Below, piece after piece: positions 49,103 to 60,788 of a stretch of DNA of 64,000 nucleotides (within the stretch, counting starts at the first letter, position 1; the number at the start of each line of letters is the position of its first letter). Both the position numbers and the translations under genes were made by a program. The notes beneath the pieces are model-generated. The model searched no databases. It saw only the letters and a list, made by a program, of their open reading frames with translations, and was not told the origin of the DNA. The DNA comes from an uncultured delta proteobacterium. Its GTDB lineage: Bacteria > Myxococcota_A > Polyangia > Polyangiales > Houyiibacteriaceae. Where the stretch lies: contig CAVOVB010000010.1 in the NCBI GenBank assembly GCA_963699755.1, positions 1-64,000 of the forward strand, read 5' to 3'.

Positions 49103-51065
49103 GCGACTCCTCGGCCTGCCGGTGCAATCGCGGCTCATGACGGCCACATCGGCTGCAGCCCTTTTCGTCTTCTACGTCATCACGATGTGCAGGAGCTTGT
49201 CGATGTACGACAGTCCGGAGCTCGCCATGGTCGCCGAGCAGCTCGGGCTCGGCCATCCATTCGGACAGCCGCTGCACACCATCTTGGGCGCGCTCGCCAG
49301 TCGACTGCCCGGCATCGATCCACTCGTCGCCTTGAATGGGCTCTCCGCCCTCTTCGGATCCCTTGCGGTCATCCCCGCCAGCAGCTTTGCCGAGGCGCTC
49401 CTTCGGCCCGGCTCCGACTGCCCGAAAGGCGACGTCCGCTTCGTCGCGCCCACCGTCGCGCTTCTCGGAACACACCCAGCACTCTGGGAGCCGTCGACGC
49501 GCATCGAGGTCTACCCTCTCGCGGTCTTTTTTGCGCTCTGGGCTGGCGCACGATTCGCAGGCGCCGTCCTCGACGAAGACCAGCACCCACGTCCGTACTT
49601 CGCCACCGGTCTCGCGCTGGGGCTCGCGGCAAGCGCGAACGTCGTCTGCGCCCTGGGCGTCGCCTTGGCCATGACGCCCCGGCTGCTGATCGGAATCGTG
49701 CGTGAAGAGATTCCGCGGCGCGCCCTCGTCATGATGACCACCGGTGGGCTGCTGGGACTCTCCGCGTACGCATATGTGTTTCTGGTCGCCCGCAGGACCG
49801 ATGTGGTCGTCTGGGGTGCTCCGACCGACTTCAACTCAGTCCGCCACTACTTCACGGCGGCCGACTTCGCGTCCAAGGGCGTCGAGTCCTGGGCCGAATG
49901 GTGGACACACGTCATCGAGCTCGTCGTCTGGTCGCTCGGAAACGGTCTGCTCGCGCTCCTCGTCGCCGGTTTCGTGGGGTACGCGCTCTATGCGCGCAAG
50001 CGTGGGCTCGGCCGATTCTTCTACAACGCGACCTGGATCTTCTTCGTGGCGTTCATCGCGCGCAATGGCGTGTTTGCGCCCGACGTCCTCGACTACAGTG
50101 GTTACCTCGCCATCCCCTCTTGGCTCGCTGCCTCTGGCATGGGGCTCGTGCTTGCGTATCTAGGAGAGCACCGTGCGCCCTGGGCCCCGGTCGCGCTCGC
50201 CGCGCTCTTGCTCTTCGTGATGGTCGCACCCCCGGCTCCGTACCAACGCAGCCGACACCGTGACACGTTCACCTCGGACATCGCGCGCGAAGCGCTCCTT
50301 GCTGCACCGCAAAACGCACTGCTCATCGTCGAGCGTGACCATTGGGTGGGTCCCATTTGGTACCTCCAAGAACAGCGCGGCATGCGTCCCGATGTGACGA
50401 TGCTCGCTTATGGCCTGGCATCATCGAGCTGGTATTGGGACCATCTCTACCGACGCCATCCAGACCTGGAGCAATTCGAGCGACGAGGTCCGGGTGGACG
50501 GGAAGCGCGGGTGCGTCGCTTCTTGAGGGCAAACCCGGACCGTCCGGTTCAAGTGTCGCGGAGCGTCTTGGCGGACCGGCTGGGCCTGCACAGCTGCCCG
50601 AGCGAATGGATGCTCGACATCCGCCGGCGCTGCGGGGACACCGCACACGAGCCCGAGCTCGCGCGCTACGCCAGCGTTGCGCTTGCCGAGCTTCGAGAGG
50701 GCTCTCCTGGCACCGACGGTCTGATCGCCCTGATCACCCTCGACCGCGGCCACGACCTTTACTCGCAGGGCTTCCCGCGCGCTGCGATCTCGACGCTCCT
50801 GGCTGGCGTTCCTCGGCTCGACGGAATCGACGAAGATAGCTTCACGACCGTGCCTGCTCGAATCCCGTCCATGGTCCGGCTCGCCCCCCTGTACGACCCG
50901 TCGGTAGCCCTCGGGCATCCCGCACGGAACCTGCACTACGCCTCCGAGATCGCCAAAGCCACGGGAGCACAGGCGCTCGCGCGCTACCTTGCCGAGCTAT
51001 CCGACGCCATGGGTCCGGTTACGCCGAAGTTTGCTACCTCGCCGGCCTCTCCTGCTAACCTCTGA
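49095..51065 (+). CDS. DUF2723 (TMEM260-like) GT-C membrane protein
   Basis: YDSPEL...LGHPFGQPLHTILG, WEPSTRIEVY, many TM segments, VWGAP. Confidence 0.8.
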   Translation: MTERLLGLPVQSRLMTATSAAALFVFYVITMCRSLSMYDSPELAMVAEQLGLGHPFGQPLHTILGALASRLPGIDPLVALNGLSALFGSLAVIPASSFAEALLRPGSDCPKGDVRFVAPTVALLGTHPALWEPSTRIEVYPLAVFFALWAGARFAGAVLDEDQHPRPYFATGLALGLAASANVVCALGVALAMTPRLLIGIVREEIPRRALVMMTTGGLLGLSAYAYVFLVARRTDVVVWGAPTDFNSVRHYFTAADFASKGVESWAEWWTHVIELVVWSLGNGLLALLVAGFVGYALYARKRGLGRFFYNATWIFFVAFIARNGVFAPDVLDYSGYLAIPSWLAASGMGLVLAYLGEHRAPWAPVALAALLLFVMVAPPAPYQRSRHRDTFTSDIAREALLAAPQNALLIVERDHWVGPIWYLQEQRGMRPDVTMLAYGLASSSWYWDHLYRRHPDLEQFERRGPGGREARVRRFLRANPDRPVQVSRSVLADRLGLHSCPSEWMLDIRRRCGDTAHEPELARYASVALAELREGSPGTDGLIALITLDRGHDLYSQGFPRAAISTLLAGVPRLDGIDEDSFTTVPARIPSMVRLAPLYDPSVALGHPARNLHYASEIAKATGAQALARYLAELSDAMGPVTPKFATSPASPANL

Positions 51066-51068
51066 GCG

Positions 51069-51587
51069 ATGCGACACCGCAGTCACGGCGACGGTTCCTT
51101 TCGCATCGACCAGTTTGCTCGATGCGGTCCCGACTGTGTGTTCGAAGCGGGCGTCCTCGTTTTCCACCCCGAGAACATCGAGCTCGGCACGAACGTCTAC
51201 ATCGGACATCAGACGATTCTCAAGGGCTACCACAAGAACCGCATGCGCATCGGTGATGAGACATGGATCGGCCAGCAGGCGTTCTTGCACAGCGCCGGCG
51301 GCATCGATATCGGCTCCCGCGTGGGCATCGCTCCTGGCGTTCGGATCATCACCTCGTTTCATGGCGAGGCGGGCCGCGACGTCCCGATCTTGAGCTCCCC
51401 GATCGAGCTCGGGCCGGTCGCGATCGAAGATGACTGCGATCTCGGCGTGGGTGCCATCGTGCTTCCGGGCGTCCACATCGGCAAAGGCGCGCAAATCGGA
51501 GCAGGCGCCGTCGTCGCGCGAGACGTGCCGCCCTACAGCGTCGCGGTAGGGGTGCCTGCCAGGGTGACCCGGGAGCGACCGAAATGA
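51069..51587 (+). CDS. Hexapeptide-repeat acyltransferase
   Basis: LbH repeats; [28 protein letters not shown]. Confidence 0.92.
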   Translation: MRHRSHGDGSFRIDQFARCGPDCVFEAGVLVFHPENIELGTNVYIGHQTILKGYHKNRMRIGDETWIGQQAFLHSAGGIDIGSRVGIAPGVRIITSFHGEAGRDVPILSSPIELGPVAIEDDCDLGVGAIVLPGVHIGKGAQIGAGAVVARDVPPYSVAVGVPARVTRERPK

Positions 51588-52297
51588 GCGGCCCCGAGCT
51601 GAGCGTCATCATCTTCGCGTTCGATGAAGAGGCCAACATCGCGCCGGTCTTGCTCGAGTTGCGTACTTGGCTGTCGATCCACGAGCCTTCAGCTGAGATC
51701 GTGTTCGTCGATGACGGCTCTTCGGACGGGACCTCGATCGAAGCTTCCAAGGCGCTAGCCGGCGCACCCCATCAACTCCTTCGCCACGAAACAAACCGCG
51801 GTATTGGTGCAGCGCTCAAGACCGGAGTACGCGCTGCAAAAGGTAGCTGGGCGACCTTTTTGCCTGCGGACGGACAAATTGCACCCGACGCCATTGGAAC
51901 CCTGCGCGATGCGGCGGCACGCGACCGAAGCGAGGTCGTGTTCAGCGTCTACGATCACCGCGACGACGGCCTCCATCGTACGATCCTATCCGTGGGCGTT
52001 CGTGGACTGATTTTTTTGGTCCACGGCGTGCGAATGCGGAGCGACGGCCCCTATCTTTTCCGCCGCTCGCTCTTCGACGCCGACCAGCTCGTGCCAGACA
52101 CTTTCTTTTTGAACTTCGAGTTTCCGATTCGCGTTCTAGCTGCCGGTATCCCCACCACGGTCGTCACGATCGAATGCCGGCCACGCCGCTCCGGACATTC
52201 CAAGTCCACGGGCCTCAAGCGAATCTATGGTGTTGCGCAAGACCTGCTCGAGCTCCGGGTTCGGCGCGCCAAGGAATCACGCCGTCGAACGGCCTAG
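51584..52297 (+). CDS. GT2 glycosyltransferase (polyprenyl-phosphate sugar synthase-like)
   Basis: [37 protein letters not shown]. Confidence 0.88.
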   Translation: MSGPELSVIIFAFDEEANIAPVLLELRTWLSIHEPSAEIVFVDDGSSDGTSIEASKALAGAPHQLLRHETNRGIGAALKTGVRAAKGSWATFLPADGQIAPDAIGTLRDAAARDRSEVVFSVYDHRDDGLHRTILSVGVRGLIFLVHGVRMRSDGPYLFRRSLFDADQLVPDTFFLNFEFPIRVLAAGIPTTVVTIECRPRRSGHSKSTGLKRIYGVAQDLLELRVRRAKESRRRTA

Positions 52298-53838
52298 GTG
52301 CGGAGCTCCGAAGGGCCGTTGAGCCGATCGCGAAGCGTGGACCTCGGGATTCCGAGAGCTCGGGCCGCTGCGGACATGTTGCCGCCATAATGTTCGAGCG
52401 CCTCGCGAAGCGAATCGGCTGAATGGCGAAGGATCGAAGGGTCCGAGCTCATGCGAAGTGCGCGTTCCACCGCGGCAAGGTCGATGAGCGCGCCGTCGCA
52501 GCCGATTGCGGCGAGCTCGAGCAGGTTTCGAAGCTCACGCACGTTCCCCGGCCAAGGATACTCGTGAAGACGGTCGAGTGCCTCGCCTGCAATTTGGCGC
52601 TCGCCGACCTCCGGCTCCATGAGACGAATGAAGTGAGTGACCAGGGGCCTGATGTCGTCTGGGCGCGCACGGAGCGCGGGAACCTCGACGACCAAGCGAT
52701 GGACTCGATAGTAGAGGTCCGCACGAAAGCGACCTTCGCGAACCATGGCTCCGAGGTCCCTGTGCGTGGCGCAAAGCAGTCGGACGTCGACGCTTCGCGA
52801 CGATTCGCTGCCCACCCGACGCACCTGCCAGGTTTCGAGGACCCGGAGAAGGCGGCTTTGAAGGTCCGGTGCGAGCTCGGCGACCTCGTCTAGGAAGAGC
52901 GTGCCGCCATGCGCCTGCTCGAACGCGCCGCGGTGGGCTTGGACCGCCCCTGTGAACGCCCCACGCTCATGACCGAAGAGCTCGCTTTCGATGAGCTCTC
53001 GCGGAAGCCCTCCGCCATTGATCGCCACGAACGGCCCGTGGCCTCGAGGCCCTCGTTCATGAAGCGCTCGGGCGACGTGCTCTTTTCCGACGCCGGTTTC
53101 GCCTCGGATCAGAACGGGCCACGGCAGAGCCGCAAAGCGATCCACGTCGGCCATCACGGAAAGCATCGGAGTCGACGCAACGACCAGCTCGGAAGCTTGC
53201 TTGTGGCCGCTGCTCCTGCGGACCACGCGCAGGATGGTCCGGCCAACTCGGAGCACGGCGCCCGATCGAAGCGGATGTCGGCGAACTCGAACACCGTCGA
53301 CCCAGGTGCCGTTGGTGCTCCCAAGGTCTCGGACCGAAACCCCTTGTGAAGAGGGCTCGATGCGACAATGGTACTGACTGACCGCCCTGTCGGACAGGAT
53401 GATCGCGTTGTCCGGGGCCCCGCCGAGCGAGAGCGGCTCCTCCCCGACGTGAAATCCGCGTGCCGCTCCGCCATGGCCACCGAGAAGCGAAAGGCGCACC
53501 GGCTCGACCCCAGCCCGGGGAAGTAGCTCGGTGCCTCCAGGTGCGAATGGGACGGATTCGCCCTTGACGCGAGCGACCGAGTATCCGCCGCCAACGGCCA
53601 GGCTCTGCCCGATCGGCATGACCGAACGCGCCCCGAGCCCAGGTCTATTGTCCAGGTCGTAGATGTAGACGGTGCCCCCATGAGGCTGAAAGAGCTTCGC
53701 CCTCGGGGGCACCGAAGCGGCATGGATGACGATATCGCAGTCTGGATGTGAACCGAGCTCGAGCGCCGAATCCCCTAGCGGAAAAGACCGAATGCGCCGC
53801 CCAGCGCGACTGAGACAAAGCGTATCGTCCGAAGCCAC
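52294..53838 (-). CDS. FHA-domain sigma54-dependent activator
   Basis: VSQYHC...DLGSTNGT FHA, GETGVGKE, GAFTGA, WPGNVREL, Fis-type HTH. Confidence 0.94.
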   Translation of the reverse strand: MASDDTLCLSRAGRRIRSFPLGDSALELGSHPDCDIVIHAASVPPRAKLFQPHGGTVYIYDLDNRPGLGARSVMPIGQSLAVGGGYSVARVKGESVPFAPGGTELLPRAGVEPVRLSLLGGHGGAARGFHVGEEPLSLGGAPDNAIILSDRAVSQYHCRIEPSSQGVSVRDLGSTNGTWVDGVRVRRHPLRSGAVLRVGRTILRVVRRSSGHKQASELVVASTPMLSVMADVDRFAALPWPVLIRGETGVGKEHVARALHERGPRGHGPFVAINGGGLPRELIESELFGHERGAFTGAVQAHRGAFEQAHGGTLFLDEVAELAPDLQSRLLRVLETWQVRRVGSESSRSVDVRLLCATHRDLGAMVREGRFRADLYYRVHRLVVEVPALRARPDDIRPLVTHFIRLMEPEVGERQIAGEALDRLHEYPWPGNVRELRNLLELAAIGCDGALIDLAAVERALRMSSDPSILRHSADSLREALEHYGGNMSAAARALGIPRSTLRDRLNGPSELRT

Positions 53839-53905
53839 TGAGTAGGTATCGGCCGTCCCCTCTGGCAGTTGCGTCGAATGGGCTCGACCCTAAGCTCCGG
53901 ACATC

Positions 53906-55000
53906 TTGTCTCAAGCACTCCGGGAAACCTCACTCACCGACGAGCACCGGGCCCTCGGCGCACGACTCGTTCCCTTCGCTGGTTGGCGCATGCCCGTCCA
54001 GTACAGGGGCATCAAGCAAGAGCACGAAGCGGTTCGCAGCCGTGCGGGCCTCTTTGATGTGTCTCACATGGGAGAGATCCTGATCGAGGGGCCGCGAGCG
54101 GTCGCCGAGGTCGATCGGCTGGTCACCAATGACGTCTCGAATCTCGACGTCGGGGAGGCGCTCTACACCACCTGCTGCAACGAGGCTGGCTACATCCTCG
54201 ACGACCTGATCGTGTATCGCTTGGAACGGGAGAAAGTCCTCGTCGTCTGCAATGCGTCCAACCGAGAAAAGATCGTTGCCCACTTCGCAAAGAACCTGAA
54301 TCTCGGGATACCGTGGAACGACGTGTCGGATCAATGGGCGCTACTGGCCCTGCAAGGGCCGAACGCGGTCGCAATCATGAAGGACCTGGGCGCGCCGCAG
54401 GAGGTGCTCGACCTTCCCTACTTCCACGTGACGCGCGCGAGCTTGGCAGGCGTCGAGCTCTGGGTCGCCCGCACAGGCTACACAGGGGAAGACGGCTTCG
54501 AGCTTTTTTGCGCGAGCGACGATGCCGTGAGCCTTTGGAGAGCTGTCATCGATGCTGGCAAGTCACACGGTCTCGAACCGGTCGGCCTCGGTGCACGTGA
54601 CACCCTGCGGCTCGAAGCGAAGCTCGCGCTCTACGGCAACGAGATCAGCGAACAGACCCATCCCTTCGAGGCGGGCCTCGGCTGGGTCGTAAAGCTCGAT
54701 GCGAATGATTTCATAGGCCGGGACGCACTGCGCGCCATCAAAGCGGCTGGCCTCGAACGAAAGCTCGTCGGATTCGAGATGACCGGGCGCGGAATCGCCC
54801 GTCATGGCTACCCGATCGTGGCGGGTGGCAAAGCCGTCGGAGAGGTCACCAGCGGCTCCCCGGGGCCGACGGTTGGACGGAACATCGGTCTCGGCTATGT
54901 GCCCCTGGCCCTTGCCAAGGTGGGGGCCAGCCTGGGCATCGAGATCCGTGGCAAGGTGGTCGACGCCGTGATAGTGAAGACCCCGTTTTACAAGAGGTGA
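53906..55000 (+). CDS. gcvT: Glycine cleavage aminomethyltransferase T
   Basis: [41 protein letters not shown]. Confidence 0.97.
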   Translation: MSQALRETSLTDEHRALGARLVPFAGWRMPVQYRGIKQEHEAVRSRAGLFDVSHMGEILIEGPRAVAEVDRLVTNDVSNLDVGEALYTTCCNEAGYILDDLIVYRLEREKVLVVCNASNREKIVAHFAKNLNLGIPWNDVSDQWALLALQGPNAVAIMKDLGAPQEVLDLPYFHVTRASLAGVELWVARTGYTGEDGFELFCASDDAVSLWRAVIDAGKSHGLEPVGLGARDTLRLEAKLALYGNEISEQTHPFEAGLGWVVKLDANDFIGRDALRAIKAAGLERKLVGFEMTGRGIARHGYPIVAGGKAVGEVTSGSPGPTVGRNIGLGYVPLALAKVGASLGIEIRGKVVDAVIVKTPFYKR

Positions 55001-55395
55001 TGCCAGTGACGTACCCAAGGGACCTTCAGTACACCCGCGACCACGAGTGGGCGCGCATCGAAGATGACGTGATTCGCGTCGGAATCACGTCGTACGCGGT
55101 CGAGCAGCTGGGGGACGTGACCTTGGTCGACATGCCGGCTCCAGGGGAAGATGTTCAGGCCCACGAGCGTTTCGGCGACATCGAGTCGGTCAAGACCGTG
55201 AGCGAGCTCTTTGCGCCCGTCAGTGGCGAGGTGGTCGAAGTGAACGCCGCCCTAGAGTCGAGCCCCGAGCTGGTCAACGAATACCCCTACGACGAGGGCT
55301 GGCTGATCACGATTCGCCCCTCGGACCAGGGCGAGCTCGAAGGGCTCATGGATGCCGCGAGGTATGAGGAGTACCTCGGAACCTTGGACGGCTGA
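55000..55395 (+). CDS. gcvH: Glycine cleavage H protein
   Basis: YTRDHEW, IESVKTVSE lipoyl-Lys motif, PYDEGW. Confidence 0.97.
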   Translation: MPVTYPRDLQYTRDHEWARIEDDVIRVGITSYAVEQLGDVTLVDMPAPGEDVQAHERFGDIESVKTVSELFAPVSGEVVEVNAALESSPELVNEYPYDEGWLITIRPSDQGELEGLMDAARYEEYLGTLDG

Positions 55396-55410
55396 GCAAC
55401 CGGCACAACC

Positions 55411-56757
55411 GTGAGATACCTCCCGCATACCGACCAAGAGATCCGAGCGATGCTCGCCCGCGTGGGAGTCGAGCGGATCGACGACCTCTTCGAGTCCATT
55501 CCAGAATCGGTTCGTTTGAACCGTGCGCTCGATCTCGAGCCGGCGCTCGACGAGCCACGGCTCATGCAGCACCTCGCCGCCCTGGCGCAGGGGAACAGGG
55601 GTGCGAAGATGCTCTCGTTCCTCGGCGGCGGGATGTACCAGCATCACGTGCCCCCGGCGGTCGACCAGCTTCTTCAACGAAGCGAGTTCTACACGGCGTA
55701 TACGCCCTACCAAGCCGAGCTCTCCCAAGGCACGCTTCAAGCGATCTTCGAATTCCAGACGATCGTCTGCGAGCTCTTCGGCACCGACGTCGCCAATGCG
55801 TCGATGTACGACGCCGCGAGCGGGGCGGCGGAGGCGGTGCTGATGGCTCGGCGGATCAAGCGTCGGAGCCACGTGTTGGTGAGTGAGGCGCTTCACCCGG
55901 AGTACATCGAAACCATTCGTACCTACGTGCAGGGGCTCGACACCGAGACGATGATTGAGCTCGTCCCGATCGCGGCTGACGGACGGACCGACTGGGAGGC
56001 GGGCAGGCGCCTCATCTCCGACAAAACCGCTGCGATCGTCGTCGGTTATCCGAACTTCTTCGGCTGCGTCGAGGACCTGATCACAGCCCGCGGCCTTGCC
56101 GACACCGTGGAGGCGCTCTTGGTGACCGCAAGCGCCGAGCCTTATGCGCTTTCGGTGCTGCGGGCGCCTGCCGAATGCGGGGCCGACATCTGCGTGGGGG
56201 AAGGACAGGCGCTGGCGGTTCCCCCCCAGTATGGCGGCCCCGGGGTTGGTCTCTTCGGGGCCTCGCAGGCGTTCGTTCGGCAGATGCCCGGCCGCTTGGT
56301 GGGGCGCACGGTCGATTTGGAAGGCCAACCCGGGTATGTGCTCACCTTGTCGACGCGGGAGCAACACATTCGCCGCGAGAAAGCGACCTCGAATATCTGC
56401 ACCAACCATGGCTTGATCGCGCTCGCCATGGGGATCCGGACCGCCATGCTCGGACGACGGGGCTTCCGAGAGGCTGGGCAGCGCTGCCTAAACGCCGCGA
56501 GTTACATTCGAGCAGCCGTCGAAAAGCTCGATGCCTTCGAGATTCCTTACGCCGCGCCGGTATTTAACGAGCTCGTGATCCGGAGCACGGGCCCTGACGC
56601 GAGCGAAATCGTCGCCCGTCTGCTCGAACGTGACGTCATCGCCGGCATCGACCTCGGCCGCTTCCGCGACGACTGGCGCAAAGATCTCCTCGTGGCTGTC
56701 ACCGAGCTCCATAGCCGTGACGAGCTAGATCGCCTGCTCGACGCCCTCGCCAGCTGA
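55411..56757 (+). CDS. gcvPA: Glycine dehydrogenase subunit 1
   Basis: EFYTAYTPYQAELSQG, ANASMYD, TREQHIRREKATSNICTN. Confidence 0.96.
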   Translation: MRYLPHTDQEIRAMLARVGVERIDDLFESIPESVRLNRALDLEPALDEPRLMQHLAALAQGNRGAKMLSFLGGGMYQHHVPPAVDQLLQRSEFYTAYTPYQAELSQGTLQAIFEFQTIVCELFGTDVANASMYDAASGAAEAVLMARRIKRRSHVLVSEALHPEYIETIRTYVQGLDTETMIELVPIAADGRTDWEAGRRLISDKTAAIVVGYPNFFGCVEDLITARGLADTVEALLVTASAEPYALSVLRAPAECGADICVGEGQALAVPPQYGGPGVGLFGASQAFVRQMPGRLVGRTVDLEGQPGYVLTLSTREQHIRREKATSNICTNHGLIALAMGIRTAMLGRRGFREAGQRCLNAASYIRAAVEKLDAFEIPYAAPVFNELVIRSTGPDASEIVARLLERDVIAGIDLGRFRDDWRKDLLVAVTELHSRDELDRLLDALAS

Positions 56758-57027
56758 GCCGCGCGCCCCGACCTCCGATCGAATCGCATCTGAGCCAACG
56801 TTCAGACGTTGCAAAGATCCAGCACCCATGCACAGATCCCGGTTCGCCTAGTGGAGAACCATCGTGTAACAGGGCGATATCACATCGGATTCATACCTAA
56901 GCCTTGACCCTCGAAGCCCGCAAACACAGCTGTTTGTTTTACCTTGCGCGTTCCAAAGAGGCGATGGAAACTCGCCCGACTTCGAGAGATTTGCTGCCTG
57001 TGCAAGGGTTCCTCCAGAGGCTGCGAC

Positions 57028-57309
57028 ATGACTGAACAGCGACGAAGCTCCTTCATCAACTTCCGAGGCTCTGCGGACTCCGAGCAGGAGAACGCGCTGG
57101 TGGCATGGGAGGACGTCTGCGGTGACGAGCGCTGGCAGGGCCGCTGGGTCGCGCTCGATGATTGCGCATACAACGAAGCTGGTAAGGCGACCAGAGGGTT
57201 GGTCGTGGACTACGATGACAATCTCGCGGAGCTCTGCGCGCGTCTCAGCGCCGAACGTCGCAAGAGCTGCTCAGTCGTCTTCGTCGCCCCCGCCGAATCG
57301 GCCGCCTAG
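57028..57309 (+). CDS. Small hypothetical protein (DUF5678-like)
   Basis: WQGRWVALD...VVDYDDNLAEL; GAGG RBS before ATG 57028. Confidence 0.6.
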   Translation: MTEQRRSSFINFRGSADSEQENALVAWEDVCGDERWQGRWVALDDCAYNEAGKATRGLVVDYDDNLAELCARLSAERRKSCSVVFVAPAESAA

Positions 57310-57812
57310 CCGTCGTCGGGCTCGTCTTCTTCGTCCCAAGGGTGTGGCTTTTCCTCGAGCGAGATCGGCTCGTCGACGCCCGTGCAGCGGTCCGGCTGAC
57401 CTCTGCGAAGCTTCACGGCGTTCCAGGGGCCACCGCCGGCAAGGTCATCGTCCATGCCCCACTCGCCCTTGATGTACTGGTCCCCATCCTCACCGATTTC
57501 GATGCGGAAGTAGCCATGACCCCGCCGCACCTGTGGCTTGCCCGCCACCAGCTCGCGCCGGTCTTCCCACTCAAAGAGCAGCAGGTCGCCTTCGATGTCG
57601 CCCTGGATTCGCCCGGCGCGCTCGTGCTTCACGTAGTCGCCGACCACCTTCTTGCCGCTCTGGCACAGGTGCATGTTGCCGTACTGTGGTGACTGCCAGA
57701 CCCCGTAGAAAGTCGCTCCCTCCGGCAACGGACCGGCTTTCGGCTTCTGAGAGCCTCCGCAGCCGAGGATGACCCCGAGCAACAGGGCCAGCGCTATCTG
57801 CTTTGCCTTCAT
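57306..57812 (-). CDS. Hypothetical lipoprotein
   Basis: ILGC lipobox, beta-rich body; GGAGG RBS. Confidence 0.8.
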   Translation of the reverse strand: MKAKQIALALLLGVILGCGGSQKPKAGPLPEGATFYGVWQSPQYGNMHLCQSGKKVVGDYVKHERAGRIQGDIEGDLLLFEWEDRRELVAGKPQVRRGHGYFRIEIGEDGDQYIKGEWGMDDDLAGGGPWNAVKLRRGQPDRCTGVDEPISLEEKPHPWDEEDEPDDG

Positions 57813-57868
57813 CGGTCCCTCCGCCTCCACGATAAACGACCCTCGGCGGAAAGCGTAATTTCGGCGGC

Positions 57869-59569
57869 TCAGCGGATCTGAGGGATGGAAATCGCGTGGT
57901 AGAGGACGCCCGGGCTCTCCAAGAGCAGGAAGGCAAGGTCCCGGAGGCCTTCGAAGACCGAGCCTTCGAGCCGGAGCAGAGCCGCGGGCGGTGGAGGCTC
58001 GAGCCGGTAGCTCGCCACCACCATCGGGCGCAGCCGTTCCCGGAGGCGTGGAGACACGTCGATCGATTCCTTGAGGCGCTCGATCGCGCGGTCCATTCCG
58101 CCGAGCTCGTCGACCAGCCCGTGTCGGTGGGCGTCAGCCGCCAACCAGACCCGACCTCGCGCCAGCGGCTCGATTTCTTCGATGGGGCGCCCTCGGCCAT
58201 CGGCCACTAGGGCCACGAAGGAGTCGTAAAACGCGTCGAGCTCGCGGTTCATCAGTCCCCGCTCTTCCTCGGTCAGAGGGCGATGCGGCGAGTAGAGATC
58301 GGCGTGCGGCCCAGTCTGGAGGACCTCGGTGCGAATCCCGACTCGGTCGAGGAGCTCTGAGGCCAAGAGACGTGCCGAGACGACGCCGATCGAGCCAGTG
58401 AGACCAAGCGGCTGGGCAACGATGGCGTTGGCGTGCGCGGCGACATAGTACCCGCCGCTGGCAGCGACCTCACCGAAATAGGCAACGACCGGTTTCTTCT
58501 CGCGCACCCGAACCACCTCTCGGTGGATCAAGTCCGAGGCCTCGGCCGATCCACCCGGGGAATCGACCCAGAGCAGGACGCCGAGCGCCCGTGGGTCATG
58601 GCGTGCGTGACGAAGCGCCGCCACGATGGAAGCTCGGCGGCCCGTCGGAGCACCGGACTCGGAGATGGCGCCCTTGACGGTCACGACCGCGATGTACGGT
58701 TCGCGTCGCAGAGGCCGGAAGAGCTTTGCTTCCTTGAAGGCGAGATAGCCGTCGGCCTCGATGAGGCCTTTCTTCTTCTTGTCGTCGTTTAGGCCGAGCT
58801 TTTCGGGAAGCTCGTCTTCGTAGGCGAGCCCATCGACCAGGCGCGCGTCAATCGCGTCTTGGCCACGGAACACCGCTTCATCGAACAGCGTGCGCGCGAG
58901 CTCGGCTGTCGTGCCAATGCGCTGAGCGAGGGCGTCAAGCAAGGCTGCGGTGTGTCCGTCGATCAAGGCTTGGACCTGCTCCCGTTGTGGTTCGCTCATC
59001 GATTCGCGACTCAGGCGTTCGGCGGCGGTCTTGTATTCCTTGCGCGCGAACGGCTCGACCTCGACACCAATGTGATCGAGCATGGGCTTCACGTAGTGCG
59101 ACTGCGCGGACAGGCCGAGGAGGGTGATCGTGGCCTGGGGTCCGAGGTAGATGCATTCGGCGGCGGAGGCGACGTAGAGCTCACGGTGCCCGCCACCTCG
59201 GGGGAGGAGAACGCTCGTGCCCTTCCCCTCATCCCTCAGGCGGAGGATCTGCTCGCGAAGCCCCGCGCAGACCGACCAGCCCGCTTGGAGCGGCGGCAGG
59301 ACTATCGCGACGCCGTCGATGCGGGCGTCCCTGATCGCATAATCAGCAACCCTACGAACGGCGGCCAAAGACGAGGTGCGCCGAAGCGAACCGGCATCGA
59401 GCAACCTGCGCAGCCAAGGAATCGGCTGACGGGCTTCCACGAGGCGCGGTTTCAGGCGTATGACGACCCAGCGCCCTTTCGGTCGCAATATCGATCGGGC
59501 CATCGCCCACAATGGTAGGAGCGGCACGCACAGTAGATTTCTCATCGCGCGAAGGAGAGAACGAAGCAT
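57869..59569 (-). CDS. sppA: Signal peptide peptidase SppA (S49)
   Basis: EYKTAAE, VDSPGGS, AASGGYY, TGSIGV, ARGRVW. Confidence 0.93.
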   Translation of the reverse strand: MLRSLLRAMRNLLCVPLLPLWAMARSILRPKGRWVVIRLKPRLVEARQPIPWLRRLLDAGSLRRTSSLAAVRRVADYAIRDARIDGVAIVLPPLQAGWSVCAGLREQILRLRDEGKGTSVLLPRGGGHRELYVASAAECIYLGPQATITLLGLSAQSHYVKPMLDHIGVEVEPFARKEYKTAAERLSRESMSEPQREQVQALIDGHTAALLDALAQRIGTTAELARTLFDEAVFRGQDAIDARLVDGLAYEDELPEKLGLNDDKKKKGLIEADGYLAFKEAKLFRPLRREPYIAVVTVKGAISESGAPTGRRASIVAALRHARHDPRALGVLLWVDSPGGSAEASDLIHREVVRVREKKPVVAYFGEVAASGGYYVAAHANAIVAQPLGLTGSIGVVSARLLASELLDRVGIRTEVLQTGPHADLYSPHRPLTEEERGLMNRELDAFYDSFVALVADGRGRPIEEIEPLARGRVWLAADAHRHGLVDELGGMDRAIERLKESIDVSPRLRERLRPMVVASYRLEPPPPAALLRLEGSVFEGLRDLAFLLLESPGVLYHAISIPQIR

Positions 59570-59692
59570 CGTTATTGCCTATAGTGACGGCCTGTTATGC
59601 TGGGAGTGGTGGGGCCGGAAATCTTTACCGGTGTCTAGCGCTCTGCTAGGAACTCATAGCACTGAAGAAGACGAAGGAGCACGGCTCAGAAC

Positions 59693-60175
59693 ATGGCAAG
59701 CCCCCAGATGGTGATGTACGAGGAGGAGTTTGCCCAGGTTCAGGCCGTGACGAATCGGCTCGTCCAGGATGCGAATGCGCGTGTGGTTTTTGTGGTGGAC
59801 AAGAACGGCCAGCTGATCAGCGCGTCTGGCGACACGGGGGATCTCGATACGACTTCCCTAGCATCGCTCACTGCGGGTACGATTGCTGCGACGGGAGGCA
59901 TTGCGCAGCTGCTGCGAGAGCAGGAGTTCGCGACCCAATACCACGAGGGGGCTCGGCAGAACGTTCACATCCAAGTGGTCAGTGGTCGCGTGATTCTTGT
60001 AGTCATCTTCGACAATCGGACAAGCTTGGGGCTCGTGAGGCTTCGCGTGAAGCGCGCCACCGAGAGCCTGACCCGAATCTTTGAGATGGTGATGGCGAAG
60101 GCGCAGGACCCTTTTCAGAGCTCACCATTCGCAGAGATCACCGATGACGACATCGACAACTTGTTCAACGACTAA
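59693..60175 (+). CDS. mglB: MglB roadblock/LC7 GTPase-activating protein
   Basis: VVDKNGQLI, TTSLASLTAG, SLGLVRLRVK, ITDDDIDNLF. Confidence 0.95.
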   Translation: MASPQMVMYEEEFAQVQAVTNRLVQDANARVVFVVDKNGQLISASGDTGDLDTTSLASLTAGTIAATGGIAQLLREQEFATQYHEGARQNVHIQVVSGRVILVVIFDNRTSLGLVRLRVKRATESLTRIFEMVMAKAQDPFQSSPFAEITDDDIDNLFND

Positions 60176-60194
60176 TTAGGAGAGGCTTAGGGGG

Positions 60195-60788
<594 letters not shown>

